The notes beneath the pieces were generated by a model. It did no database searches. It was not told where the DNA came from and was given only the letters and a program-made list of their open reading frames with translations. A stretch of 64,000 nucleotides of DNA, taken from positions 21,424,912 to 21,488,911 of the forward strand of contig NC_092675.1 of NCBI RefSeq assembly GCF_964355755.1, given 5' to 3'. Source of the DNA: Antedon mediterranea. Lineage: Eukaryota > Animalia > Echinodermata. Shown piece by piece: positions 63,286 to 64,000 of this stretch (positions within the stretch are counted from its first letter, which is position 1; each line of letters begins with the position of its first letter). The position numbers were made by a program, and so were the translations under genes.

Positions 63286-64000
63286 ACTTTTAAAACAAGA
63301 TCCTTAACCCAGTAAAAAGCAATGAAACACTGTTTGGCACAAAGTCAATGACCACACACATGCATACATTACATTTATGTTTCTTTAATTAGGACTGGTA
63401 CAAACCAGAAAATTCCCACATGTTTGTGTCAACCATGATGATATATAGATTGAAAATAGTTCAAATGTTATGATGCAAATATGACTAGATTTGTATGATA
63501 ATAAGTGTCGGTATATTAATGAGTGTATTTGAAACTTGACAGAAATAGAAATACATAATCCTCTATTATTGATACCAGGAGGAGGACAAGTGGTACCCAT
63601 GTGAGGGGATTCCCCTTCTGCTTTCTGAAAAACAAAATGTTATGGTCGTACAATGGACTAAATAAAATATTTAAATTTATTTCAAGTATTATATTGCAGA
63701 AAACAATAAATTACCTTTCTTCATTATAAATCAAGTTCTTTGTAATCAGAATCCGTGAGAAAATGTGGAAAACTGGGAATACATTACGGGAGTCTCTGGG
63801 CCAAAACGGAAGTGTTGCCATGCATGTCTAAACTACAAAAATCTTTATCTTAACCAGATCTCTGCTCCCACCCACTGGCGGGACCCACTGGCACTGCTAA
63901 ATTTAGAGAAAAGATCAATTTAATCACATCATGACATTAGGCCTATTATTGACTATTTTTATGACAAGCCCAATCACATTCACAATATCCTGCATTCTTG

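Overview
AT-rich, intron-containing eukaryotic DNA, most likely from a marine invertebrate deuterostome (inference: GT-AG exons, a Deu-domain-like SINE, DIRS/CR1/RTE/Kolobok elements). There are no prokaryotic features. Two convergent genes are supported: the last four exons of an M14B metallocarboxypeptidase (CPE-like, + strand, 1-4940) and a two-coding-exon chondroitin sulfate N-acetylgalactosaminyltransferase (- strand, 20070-15659, about 539 aa). The remaining ~44 kb has no recognisable host coding exons and is dominated by mobile DNA. It holds a 5.37-kb DIRS1-type tyrosine-recombinase retroelement with matching inverted terminal repeats and an intact internal complementary region (ICR) but broken ORFs, plus decayed mini-DIRS relics. 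It also holds 5'-truncated LINEs, a four-fold tandem of RTE 3' ends, a tRNA-derived SINE, and many MITE families, one nested in another. The most unusual observations are the DIRS element, 21-41 bp CA...TG palindromes flanked by 7-bp direct repeats (possible P-type excision footprints), and one MITE family that has twice seeded near-perfect tandem arrays. All alignments were done by eye; no searches were run.
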